From an uncultured Candidatus Bathyarchaeia archaeon (GTDB lineage Archaea > Thermoproteota > Bathyarchaeia > RBG-16-48-13 > GCA-020345945), in assembly GCA_964495315.1 (NCBI GenBank), contig CAZBVH010000001.1, positions 11,248 through 75,247 on the forward strand: 64,000 nt of DNA, read 5' to 3'. A program made the translations under genes and the position numbers. Positions 9,568-18,629 of the stretch are shown piece after piece (within the stretch, counting starts at the first letter, position 1; each line of letters starts with the position of its first letter). The notes beneath the pieces were generated by a model. That model was not told the DNA's origin and did not search any database. It saw only the letters and a list, made by a program, of their open reading frames with translations.

Positions 9568-10938
9568 CTAGTGCTTGGCTTGCTTTGTCGTCGTCTCGGC
9601 GGCAAGTATCACGGGCTCCCAAGGGGTACAGACGCTCGGGGCGTAGCAGGTGTCTGCCTTGGATAGCTCCCAGACGTTCATCTGTTTCTGTATCGCTATC
9701 GAGACTATATTGATTCTCTGGGTTACCTCCTCTCCGCCAACTATCTGTCCCCCGATTACACGGCCGGTGTCAGGTTCTGCGACGATCTTTACAACTATGT
9801 CCTTTCCCCCTGGATAGTACTCTGCTCTTGTCTTAGAGGCGATAGATCCAGAGATAGTTTCGAGTCCTTCCTGATGGGCGTGAGACTCGGTAAGCCCAGT
9901 TCCCCCTACCTCGAAGCCGAACATCGTCGAGACCACTGAGTCTAGAACTCCTGGGAATACGGAGTGACCGCCAACAGCGTTGGCTCCGGCAACTTTTCCC
10001 TGCCTGGCTGCTGTTGTCCCTAGAGCACTTATGGTCGGTCGACCTGTGACCATGTTTGAACTCTCCACGCAATCGCCGGCAGCATAGACGTGAGGAATTG
10101 AGGTTTCCATCCTCGGGTTGACTTCTATCGCGCCTGTTACTCCAAGTCTCATTCCGATCTCACTTGGAAGCTCAACCCTCGGCACCACGCCGGCTGCAAA
10201 CAGCACTATCTCTGCATCGATCTCCCCTCTCCTCACAACGACTCCACTGACCTCTCCGTCGCCGAGTATCTTCTCCACAGATCTCCCGACCATCACCCTG
10301 AGTCCATGCTCCTCGATCTTCTCCTGTGCGATCTCCGCCATGTCCTCGTCAATCATTCTCGGAAGTATCTGTGGGGAACTTTCGGTGACGGTGGTTTCGA
10401 TATCCCTCCTTACGAGGGCGTGGGCGAGTTCTAGGCCTATGAATCCTGCTCCCACAACTATCGCGGAAGAAGCGTTCTTCATGGCGTCTTGTATCTTCAT
10501 TCCATCCTCGAGGGTTCTGAGGGAAAAGACGCCCTTCTTCTCGATGCCTGGTATTGGAGGGATTCGGGAAGCGGCTCCCGTGGCCAGGATAAGAGAGTCG
10601 TAGTCCAGCGACTCCGTTTCGCCTTCGAGATGTTCGACCTCGATGGTTTTCTCCTTTGGATTGACATGTTTCACCTTGCTTCGTAGGCGTAGATCGATTC
10701 TCATGTCTTCGAAGAATGGAGGGGGAAAGAGCAGGAGCTCCTCAAAGCTTGGGACCTCCCCGCTTAGCACATACGGTAATCCACAACGAGAGTATGGCGG
10801 ATAGGCTTCATCAGATATCAAGGTGATCTCAATGCGTCTGTCCCTCTTCCTGGCTTCCGCGGCTGCGGTGACTCCGGCGGAATTTGCTCCAACGATCACG
10901 ATGCTCTTCTTGCGTGTACGCTTATCCCTACCAACCAT
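9568..10938 (-). CDS. NADH oxidase / CoA-disulfide (persulfide) reductase family flavoprotein
   Basis: Redox Cys in YSRCGLPY, GAGFIGLE, YAAGDC, C-terminal YAP motif. GGAGGAGG RBS before ATG 10938. Confidence 0.88.
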   Translation of the reverse strand: MVGRDKRTRKKSIVIVGANSAGVTAAAEARKRDRRIEITLISDEAYPPYSRCGLPYVLSGEVPSFEELLLFPPPFFEDMRIDLRLRSKVKHVNPKEKTIEVEHLEGETESLDYDSLILATGAASRIPPIPGIEKKGVFSLRTLEDGMKIQDAMKNASSAIVVGAGFIGLELAHALVRRDIETTVTESSPQILPRMIDEDMAEIAQEKIEEHGLRVMVGRSVEKILGDGEVSGVVVRRGEIDAEIVLFAAGVVPRVELPSEIGMRLGVTGAIEVNPRMETSIPHVYAAGDCVESSNMVTGRPTISALGTTAARQGKVAGANAVGGHSVFPGVLDSVVSTMFGFEVGGTGLTESHAHQEGLETISGSIASKTRAEYYPGGKDIVVKIVAEPDTGRVIGGQIVGGEEVTQRINIVSIAIQKQMNVWELSKADTCYAPSVCTPWEPVILAAETTTKQAKH

Positions 10939-11015
10939 ACTTCCTCCTCCCAGTCTTTGTCTGAGTGGTTTCACCTATACATTTGTATGCGCAGAGATAC
11001 GGGCTAAGTAGCGTG

Positions 11016-11384
11016 CTAGAATGTTATGACTGCGTCAGCCTCCAATAGTAGGTCGTTTAGGGTGGCAGCCCCGACGATCGTTACTGGTTTCTGGATGTTC
11101 CCCTTCTCTATTCCTAGGAGCATGCAGCTCTGGTCGCAGACCATCATGCGTACCCCTGCTCCGACGGCTTGGTCCATGACCTGCTTTAGGGTCGGGAAGC
11201 TTCCGACCTTAATGTTCTCTGCCTCTCCACTCTTCACAACGGTTACTCCCTTGATGACGAAGTATATCGTGGCGTCGATTCCCATCGCCTGTGCTGTCGC
11301 GGCAAGGATGAAGGGGGCGTAGAGCCTCTCCGGGGTATCCGTTCCACTTGTCTGCACATATAGGATCCTCTTTCTCTCTGGCAC
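11016..11384 (-). CDS. DsrE/DsrF-like sulfur relay protein
   Basis: PERLYAPF.LA..A.AM, VCDQSC, VGAATL. Sits between tusA and the reductase. Confidence 0.87.
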   Translation of the reverse strand: MPERKRILYVQTSGTDTPERLYAPFILAATAQAMGIDATIYFVIKGVTVVKSGEAENIKVGSFPTLKQVMDQAVGAGVRMMVCDQSCMLLGIEKGNIQKPVTIVGAATLNDLLLEADAVITF

Positions 11385-11388
11385 TCTC

Positions 11389-11640
11389 TCACCTCCGGCA
11401 GCTGGTCTTCCTTATGAGGAATCTCAGGCCAACCTCCTCTTTCCTGAAGTCTAGGATCTCCTGTCCCATCCTCCTGGCCCAACGCTTGATATCCTCGTCT
11501 GCAGCCGGGTCATCGGCAAGCACCTCCAACACCTCCCCGCTCCTCAGCTTCCCCACCTCGGCGGCGGTCCTGAGTATGGGTTCGGGGCAGCATAGCCCTC
11601 TCAAATCGATCTTCCTCTTAGGGTTGGTTGGCATGTCCAT
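11389..11640 (-). CDS. tusA: TusA-family sulfurtransferase
   Basis: DLRGLCCPEP motif, LEVLADDPAA..DI..W. Confidence 0.92.
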   Translation of the reverse strand: MDMPTNPKRKIDLRGLCCPEPILRTAAEVGKLRSGEVLEVLADDPAADEDIKRWARRMGQEILDFRKEEVGLRFLIRKTSCRR

Positions 11641-11685
11641 GATGCACCTCTCTGCACGCTGTGTGCTGCAGTTATGTCAGATACA

Positions 11686-11712
11686 GATATATCTTTATGA
11701 CGCTGTCATAAA
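11686..11712. promoter_or_regulatory. Perfect inverted repeat TTTATGAC-GCT-GTCATAAA plus an adjacent AGATATATCT palindrome in the divergent tusA/moeB promoter
   Basis: 8-3-8 inverted repeat at 11694-11712, read directly from the sequence. Confidence 0.6.
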
Positions 11713-11769
11713 AAGAATGCGCTGTATGCCGAAGTAAAAACCAATAAAGTCTCTGAAATGTGAGAAACC

Positions 11770-12861
11770 GTGGGGAATAGATTGGACAAGACAGGGCTAT
11801 CGGAGGAAGATCTCTACACGTATTCAAGACAGATAGTGTTGAGAGAGATCGGTTACGAGGGGCAAGAACGCATACGAGATGCCAAGGTCTGTGTTGTCGG
11901 TCTGGGCGGCCTAGGGTGTCCTGCTGTCTTGCAGCTTGCCGCTATGGGGGTAGGCTATCTGAGGATTGTCGATCGGGATCTTGTAGAACGTTCGAACCTC
12001 CATAGACAGTACCTCTACGATACGAGTCAGCTCGGGCTTCCGAAGGTTGAGGCGGCGATGCTCAAATTGGAGAAACTTAACCCCGATGTCAAGCTGGATC
12101 CTCATCCTCTCTCTGTAGACGGCTCAAACGCAGGAAGGGTCGTTGAGGGAATGGATGTCGTGCTCGATGGGTTAGATAACCTGAAACCCCGGTATGCGGT
12201 CAATCGGGCGTGCGTTGAACATAATATTCCCTACGTGTTTGCAGCCGCCATAGAGACCTTCGGATCTGTGTCAACAATCATCCCTGGAGAGACCTCGTGC
12301 CTGGAGTGCTTCTACTCCGACATCGATGAGGATCTCCTACCCACCTGTTCCGTTGTTGGGGTTCACCCCTCTACTACCTCAATCGTATCGAGCCTAGAGG
12401 TATCTGAGGCGGTTAGAGTTCTTGTCGATACCAAACCCAAACTTGCAGGAAGCCTCCTCTTCTTCGACCTGTCAAATATCGAGTTCGATCGGATCGGTCT
12501 CAAAAGAAGGGAAGACTGTCCTGCATGTGGCGAGAGCCCTGCACAGATTCACAGATTCCGTGAGAGCATTCAGATCGAGGAGGTCTGCAGTCGGGGAGGA
12601 AGAAGGACCTTTATCGCGGTGCCCTGTGAGGACCTGGACCTGGACCTCCGTGTGATTCAGAGAAGGTTAGAGAGGACGATGGGAATGCTGTCCAAGCGGA
12701 CTAAGATGAGTCTAGCTTTCATGTTCAAGCACCGGACACGGACAACGCTCCTTCAGTCCGGAGTATGCATCCTTGAGGGGCGCGTGGACGGAGATGCTGC
12801 TCTGGCGAGTTACCGTCGAATCATGGAAGGTCTTCAGTTGACTGGGTCCCGTCAATCATAG
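11770..12861 (+). CDS. MoeB/ThiF/UbaA E1-like adenylyltransferase
   Basis: YSRQI, VVGLGGLG, DRD.V..SNLHRQ, CLEC...CPAC Zn site, catalytic PTC, C-terminal extension. Confidence 0.92.
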   Translation: MGNRLDKTGLSEEDLYTYSRQIVLREIGYEGQERIRDAKVCVVGLGGLGCPAVLQLAAMGVGYLRIVDRDLVERSNLHRQYLYDTSQLGLPKVEAAMLKLEKLNPDVKLDPHPLSVDGSNAGRVVEGMDVVLDGLDNLKPRYAVNRACVEHNIPYVFAAAIETFGSVSTIIPGETSCLECFYSDIDEDLLPTCSVVGVHPSTTSIVSSLEVSEAVRVLVDTKPKLAGSLLFFDLSNIEFDRIGLKRREDCPACGESPAQIHRFRESIQIEEVCSRGGRRTFIAVPCEDLDLDLRVIQRRLERTMGMLSKRTKMSLAFMFKHRTRTTLLQSGVCILEGRVDGDAALASYRRIMEGLQLTGSRQS

Positions 12862-13019
12862 GTGAGGGATTGGTAGATTCATCTTGTTGGCTCCTGGCAA
12901 AACCTCAGAAGCCTCGGTCACGCGAGTAAAGATCCTAGGCCACCCTGTCCAAGGTGAGACGCATCTGCGTGCCTTGGGAGGCAGGCTCCTTGATTATTGA
13001 TGCCTATAATCATCTTGGG

Positions 13020-13430
13020 GGTCCTGATCGGGGAGACCATGCGAGGCAGTCTCCTGAGGAGATCATCGCAAATATGGATCGGTCGGCTGGCTGGTTGCTG
13101 GGATGGATGCGTCTCTGAACGAGAAGACTGGAATCGGGGAGACGAGGCATTCACCGTCAGGCTATGATCTAGTATTACTCGGTGTACCTGCTTGGAACAG
13201 CAGAGTCCTCCAGCGATGAGAACCTACCTCAAGAGGAACGACCTATCGGAGAAGAGGATTGCGTTCTTCTGCACCAACGAGGGATCCGGTGCTGACGATG
13301 CTTTCTCGTGCCTGAGGGCTCTGGCGAGGAATCAGGATCCGGTAGCTCAGCTGGTTGTGGGTGAGGCTCTCAAGGACCGGTAGGGTGCGGAGAGTGAGGT
13401 GGAAGGCTCGTGTAGAGAACTGATTGCGGT
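13020..13430 (+). pseudogene. Degraded flavodoxin gene (multiple frameshifts and stops)
   Basis: The frame at 13082 reads GWLVAGMDASLNEKTGIGETRHSPSGYDLVLLGVPAWN. A frameshift near 13207 leads into PPAMRTYLKRNDLSEKRIAFFCTNEGSG. No intact N-terminus. Confidence 0.72.
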
Positions 13431-13543
13431 CATGGGTAAGGTCAGGAGGCGTTCCACTGCCGAGATATGGTTGAACTCTTTATTCTGATCTTTCTTATGT
13501 TTACCTGCAGTATAGGTAGCCTTCGCGGCTACTGGTTCTCTCT

Positions 13544-14254
13544 TCACCGGGGGCGGGAGCTTTCTCCTTCGATTCTTCCGTCCCTCATGCGGACAATCCT
13601 GTCCGCGAAATCGGCTGCGATAGGATCGTGGGTGACCATGATCACGGTGACCCCTTCCTCCTTGCAGAGGTCCTTCAGTTGGCCTATGACCTCCTGCCCG
13701 GTCTTTGTGTCTAGGTCTCCCGTAGGCTCGTCTGCAAGGATCAGGCTCGGACGATTGGCTAAAGCTCTTGCTATCGCAACCCTCTGCTGTTCTCCCCCGC
13801 TGAGTTCATCAGGTCTATGATCTGCCCGGTCTGAGAGCCCGACCGTCTTGAGTAGCTGGTCTGTTCTCTCCCTGCTCTTCTTCCTGTCCACATTGGCCAG
13901 GTCCATGGGAAGTTCTATGTTCTCTCTGGCTGAGAGGACAGGGATGAGGTTGTAGAACTGGTAGACGAACCCGATCTTATGTCTCCTTATCCTATCCTTG
14001 TCCGACTCTCTCAGCTTCGAGAGGTCCTCTCGGTCAAGGATTATGCTGCCTTCTGTAGGCGTATCCAGGGTTCCTATGAGGTTGAGTAGCGTGGTCTTTC
14101 CGGATCCGGATGATCCCATAACCGCGACGAACTCCCCCTTTTTCACTCTTAGGTCGATTCCGTTTAGGGCTTTAACCTTCAGTTTTCCGAGTGTGTAGAC
14201 CTTGGTTAGGCGGTTCACTTCTAGGATCGATGTCTCGGTCTCGTTTCTTGTCAT
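13544..14254 (-). CDS. ABC transporter ATP-binding protein (MacB/LolD type)
   Basis: GSSGSGKTT, LSGGEQQR, LADEPTGDLD, VTHD. Confidence 0.95.
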   Translation of the reverse strand: MTRNETETSILEVNRLTKVYTLGKLKVKALNGIDLRVKKGEFVAVMGSSGSGKTTLLNLIGTLDTPTEGSIILDREDLSKLRESDKDRIRRHKIGFVYQFYNLIPVLSARENIELPMDLANVDRKKSRERTDQLLKTVGLSDRADHRPDELSGGEQQRVAIARALANRPSLILADEPTGDLDTKTGQEVIGQLKDLCKEEGVTVIMVTHDPIAADFADRIVRMRDGRIEGESSRPR

Positions 14255-14258
14255 CTGT

Positions 14259-16913
14259 TCACTCGTTCCTCCTTATGGCGTCGACTATGTCTAGTCTCAG
14301 CGCTTTGTACAGGGGATATGCCACGCTGACGACTGATACCCCGAGCGCGAGTATAGTTGCGGTCCTCATTGCTTCCCAGGGTGTTTTGAGTGCCCCGGAG
14401 AAGCCTGTCTGGGCCATCACGAAGGTGATTCCTCTGTAAATGATTAGTCCGGAGATCGTTCCCAGCAGTAGCCCTATTGCTCCAAGTATGATTGCTTCTC
14501 CGACTATCATCTTGTTCACCTGGTTTATGCTCATGCCTTGAGATCGCAGTATACCGATCTCTCTCTTCCGCTCCGATATGTTCATGATCATTATACTTGA
14601 CATGCCGATTGCGGATACCACGACTGAGAAGAGGATCAGGTTGTTGAATAGGTTCCACATCTCATTCATGTTCTTGTCTATTGCCTCGAGGATGTCGATT
14701 CTCGTGATTACTCCGATCCCGTATTTCTTCCCGAATTTCTCGAGAATTCTATCTCTCACGTATCCAATTCTCTCGCTATATTCGGGTTTGACCTTTACGT
14801 AGAACAGTGTTGCCTCGTCCTCGTAGTAACCCCATTGCGCGTTCAGGGTGTGGTATGAGATGTAGCACATCTTGCTCATTGGTCCTCCTGATGGCTGCTG
14901 CATTCCTACTTCGACTATTCCGATGACGTGGAAGATCCTCCATACTGGTTTCCAGATGACGATGTTTGGTGCGATCTCGACTGCTAGCAAAGAGAGGACG
15001 TTGATCTTCGATCCCACTCTCGCCCCCAAAGTTTGGGCAACGCCGCTTTGGAGGATGATTGTGTTTGGGTCATGGAGTCTCTGGTAGACATCGGGCGGGG
15101 TTTCTGGTGTGAAGGTCATATTCATTACTTTGGGGTAGGCACAGTACCTGTCTGAGTAGGCTCCGTTTGGGGTGTGGATCGCGCTCAGGCTGATCGTGAC
15201 ATTCTCGCTTCTTGTCACTGATCGTATCTTTGTGCCGATTATCCGAACTGGGGCAGCCTGCTCAATAAGGGTCCTGTTCTCAAGGCGGGCGAGGTCTTTC
15301 CAGAATTCTCTTTGAAGTGCGTCGTCTCCCGCTATCACCATTATGTCGGATTGGAAGAGGTTGGTGACCGTCTTTTCTATCCCGTTGTTTACGGTATATT
15401 GTACTCCGCCTATCGCGACTATGAAAGACAGGCTTATTGTTATCAGTGTGAAGCAGATGGTTGTCCTTACTAGGTTTCTTGAGAAGTTTCTCGATGCGAG
15501 TCTGCTGATTTTTCCGAATACAGGGTAGAGCGCGTACTCGAAGATCTTCTCTGTGGCTTTTATGAGTCCCGCCGTCATCAGGATGAGACCTGCTATCAAA
15601 GGAGGAATCGAGGCTGCGCCGATTCTCGGGATATCTATGACCTTGGATGCATTGGCGAATCCTTGGAGGTAGACTCCTATGAGGAATAGTGGGGCTCCTG
15701 CTCCAAAAAGTACCCATTGAAGCCTTCTGTGGCCGGTCATTCTCATCGAGGGTCTGAGTGCCTTTAGGATTTCTGTTCTTCCTGCAATAATGGACGGGAT
15801 GAGTCCACCGATCAATGTGGTTAGTAGCCCTGTTGCGACACCGAGGGCTATTGTCTCTGGCTTATAGATAATCGTGATTCCTTGGGACGCGTGGAAGCCT
15901 AGCGTCTTCGAGAAGTATCCTGCTAACAGAAATCCTGTCACTAGCCCTGTGGCTGTTCCCGCTATGCCGAGGAGTATGCTCTCAAACAGGAACATTCGAA
16001 AGACTTGTGTCTTTGAGGCCCCTATGGATCTGATCACCCCTATCTCATAGATCCTCTCCTTCACGTTCATGTAGACTGTATTGAAGACGATGACGAGGGC
16101 GACAACGCTTGTTACAGCCGACATTATGAGCAGTCCACTCCTGAAGCCCTGCATGGCATTCTGCATGCTGTCAAGGATCCTTTCCTTATCGGCGGTTACT
16201 TCATACTCCCCTCCAAGGGCTCTCCTGAGTCTCTCAACTACTTCACGGGTATCCGAAACGCTGTCAACCCGAGCTATTATTCTTGTGAACTTCCCCCAGG
16301 CTCTGGACATCTGCCGGGCCGTTGCAAGGGTTACGTACGCTGTGTATCTCTGGATGAAGAACATTCCTCGGCTCTCAACTGGAAGATGGTATAGACCTAC
16401 CACTTCCAGCCAGTAGTAACTTGACCCCACTCGGACCTTGATTCTCTGTCCAATCGTGTAGTTGAGTCGGTCATCTATGATGATCTTTCCAGGGTCCAGC
16501 GATCTGCTTCCAGTTATGTTTGTGTATTCCGGGTTCAAGTAGTCGAAGTCGCTTGTCGGGTTCACTCCGTTGATTGAGAGTGAGGCTGAGCTTTCCTCCG
16601 TCATGTTCCAGAATATGGCGTGCCCTGAGGCTGTGACTCTGCCTGATGCCTCCGCTACGCCTTTCACCTGCCGGACTTCTGACAGGACCTGCTCACTTAG
16701 TGATGCGCCGGTAGCTGAGTAGACGCTGATGTCTATGGATCCAGATGACCTATTGATGGTGTCAACGAATTGGTTGTAGGCGCTGTCGAAGGCTATGTTG
16801 ACCCCTGTTAGGAGCGCGACGCCGATTATGATGCTCAGGACGGTGAGCGTGTTCCTGAGCTTGCGTCTGGAGAGGCTTCTGAACGCGATTCTTGTGGTGG
16901 ACATATGTGCCAT
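14259..16913 (-). CDS. FtsX/MacB-type ABC permease with duplicated domains
   Basis: Two FtsX repeats (ERIYEIGVIRSIGA; ERKREIGILRSQG) with large extracytoplasmic loops. Confidence 0.92.
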   Translation of the reverse strand: MAHMSTTRIAFRSLSRRKLRNTLTVLSIIIGVALLTGVNIAFDSAYNQFVDTINRSSGSIDISVYSATGASLSEQVLSEVRQVKGVAEASGRVTASGHAIFWNMTEESSASLSINGVNPTSDFDYLNPEYTNITGSRSLDPGKIIIDDRLNYTIGQRIKVRVGSSYYWLEVVGLYHLPVESRGMFFIQRYTAYVTLATARQMSRAWGKFTRIIARVDSVSDTREVVERLRRALGGEYEVTADKERILDSMQNAMQGFRSGLLIMSAVTSVVALVIVFNTVYMNVKERIYEIGVIRSIGASKTQVFRMFLFESILLGIAGTATGLVTGFLLAGYFSKTLGFHASQGITIIYKPETIALGVATGLLTTLIGGLIPSIIAGRTEILKALRPSMRMTGHRRLQWVLFGAGAPLFLIGVYLQGFANASKVIDIPRIGAASIPPLIAGLILMTAGLIKATEKIFEYALYPVFGKISRLASRNFSRNLVRTTICFTLITISLSFIVAIGGVQYTVNNGIEKTVTNLFQSDIMVIAGDDALQREFWKDLARLENRTLIEQAAPVRIIGTKIRSVTRSENVTISLSAIHTPNGAYSDRYCAYPKVMNMTFTPETPPDVYQRLHDPNTIILQSGVAQTLGARVGSKINVLSLLAVEIAPNIVIWKPVWRIFHVIGIVEVGMQQPSGGPMSKMCYISYHTLNAQWGYYEDEATLFYVKVKPEYSERIGYVRDRILEKFGKKYGIGVITRIDILEAIDKNMNEMWNLFNNLILFSVVVSAIGMSSIMIMNISERKREIGILRSQGMSINQVNKMIVGEAIILGAIGLLLGTISGLIIYRGITFVMAQTGFSGALKTPWEAMRTATILALGVSVVSVAYPLYKALRLDIVDAIRRNE

Positions 16914-16950
16914 TCCAAATAGTCTTGTCTCTTGGGGGTGGGAGGCTCAT

Positions 16951-17199
16951 TTAAGATTTCTTGCCAGGGGATCTTTCGTCTTCTCCGCCAAGGGCTCCCA
17001 TGAGCTTGATGGCGAATTCACGGACGTGGTCGGCTCTCGTGATGACGATGGATTTATGTGGGCCGCCGCCTAGGACGAGCAGTTTCTCCCCTGGTCCGAT
17101 CCCCATCTCTTCTCTTGCCTCTTTGGGTATCACTATCTGCCCCCTCTCACTTATGGTTACGATTCCGTAGATGCGTATCCTTTTCCACAGCTCAGCCAT
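16951..17199 (-). CDS. AbrB/MazE/SpoVT-family DNA-binding regulator
   Basis: YGIVTISERGQIVIPKEAREEMGI.PGEKL signature. First gene of the ABC operon. Confidence 0.9.
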   Translation of the reverse strand: MAELWKRIRIYGIVTISERGQIVIPKEAREEMGIGPGEKLLVLGGGPHKSIVITRADHVREFAIKLMGALGGEDERSPGKKS

Positions 17200-17219
17200 T
17201 CGGATCACTTGTGCACAGT

Positions 17220-17268
17220 TTTCATGGAAAAGCTATCTTCATACTTTTCATACAAATCATATTATTAA
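17220..17268 (-). promoter_or_regulatory. Promoter of the AbrB-ABC operon with 9-bp-spaced TTCATA(C) repeats
   Basis: TTCATAC at 17238 and 17247, ATCATAT at 17256, TTCATGG at 17221. AT-rich TATA-like box (TTAATAAT on the minus strand) at 17261-17268. Confidence 0.5.
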
Positions 17269-17453
17269 GTTTTTACCTACTTGAGCATTCGCTGAGACCG
17301 CGATGTAGAACCATGCAATTCCGGCTCGAACTGCAACCGCGAGATCCTCTAATGGATCTCGAGGCAATCAAGACCCGAGAGTCCTGTGTGGTGAAAAGGC
17401 TCAGCAAAAGTCTTATCGAGAGTATAGTAACCCTCTCTCCTCGGTGAGGGCAG

Positions 17454-18626
17454 ATGGCTACGACGCGCGACAGGTTGATGGCTGTTCTTGAGGGCAAGGA
17501 GCATCAGAGCGTAGTGTGGTGGCCCAGGATAAGGCACTGGTACGATGTGAACAACTGTGCGAATACGCTTCCCGAGCGATATAGGGGGCTCTACTTAGAT
17601 GAGGTCTACAAAGATCTTGGCGCAACCCCGCGCGAGGTCTGGATAGGGGGTCTATTCGGTGGAGGCGAATACTCTGGAGAGATCGCCTTGGTGACCAGAG
17701 AAGGAAATGATGTGGAGGTATGGGTGAAGCCTGCTAAGGGTCTCTACAAGGACACCTCTGGTGACTTCATCGTCACAAAGTACGTGACCCCGGTGGGCGA
17801 GATGACGCAGGTCGCTAGGAGGACGGAGAGTGGCACTTCCTCTTATACTGTCGAGCACTTCCTCAAGGACCAGGAGAGCATAGACGTCTACAAGTACGTC
17901 TTGGAGCACAGGGAGTATGAGTTCGACTGGCCGCGCTATAGATGGGGTGAGAAGAGGTACGGCGACCAGATCTACCCCAAAGCTGCGACAGAAAGGGAGC
18001 CTCTCCTAAGGCTAGTGATAGGGATGATGGGGCTCAATAGAACGGTGATCTGGCTCTGGAAGCACCAACAGGAGATGGAGGAGCTCATGGAGCTGATGCT
18101 GCAAGACCTTGAGAAACAGATTGAAGCCTATGCTGGTACGCCTGTCGTAGAGTTGTGCATGCCATCAAACACTCACGAATCCCTATGCTCACCAAACCAG
18201 TTCAGGAAGTATATGATACCTCACCTCCAGCGGATCGCAGAGAAGGTTCATGCGGCTGGGAAGTACATCTCATCCCACTGGGACGGCTTTGTGAAGAATC
18301 TACTTCCGCTCCTCAAGGATACGGGGATAGATGGTGTGGAATGTGTAACGCCGAAACCTCAAGGCGACCTTACACTTGAGGAGATGAAGAGATACATAAC
18401 TGATGAGGGCAGGTTTCTCAGGGATGGGCTGCCTGCCGTCCTATTCACGAAGCATCACTCTGTAGGGGAGCTTGAGGCGTTCACACGGCAGATCCTGGAT
18501 ACGCTTGGCGGTTCTGGGCGGCTGCAGCTCGGCGTCTCCGACATGGTTCCCGCGAATGCCGATATTGAGCGGGTTAGGCTCGTAGGCAAGATTGTCGAAG
18601 AATGGAACGAAGAGAGATTCGGGTGA
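17454..18626 (+). CDS. Uroporphyrinogen-decarboxylase-family (MtaA/CmuA-like) methyltransferase component
   Basis: UroD-like pattern (TPVGEM, SP.QF.KY..P, SHWDG, DGVECVTPKPQGD, LGVSDMVP.NAD.ER). Directly upstream of a corrinoid protein. Confidence 0.75.
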   Translation: MATTRDRLMAVLEGKEHQSVVWWPRIRHWYDVNNCANTLPERYRGLYLDEVYKDLGATPREVWIGGLFGGGEYSGEIALVTREGNDVEVWVKPAKGLYKDTSGDFIVTKYVTPVGEMTQVARRTESGTSSYTVEHFLKDQESIDVYKYVLEHREYEFDWPRYRWGEKRYGDQIYPKAATEREPLLRLVIGMMGLNRTVIWLWKHQQEMEELMELMLQDLEKQIEAYAGTPVVELCMPSNTHESLCSPNQFRKYMIPHLQRIAEKVHAAGKYISSHWDGFVKNLLPLLKDTGIDGVECVTPKPQGDLTLEEMKRYITDEGRFLRDGLPAVLFTKHHSVGELEAFTRQILDTLGGSGRLQLGVSDMVPANADIERVRLVGKIVEEWNEERFG

Positions 18627-18629
18627 TCT

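Noticed and set aside
13381..13383. TAG inside the flavodoxin remnant as possible pyrrolysine readthrough
   Set aside because: The gene also has frameshifts, there are no pyl genes in the window, and the MtmB homolog itself lacks TAG.
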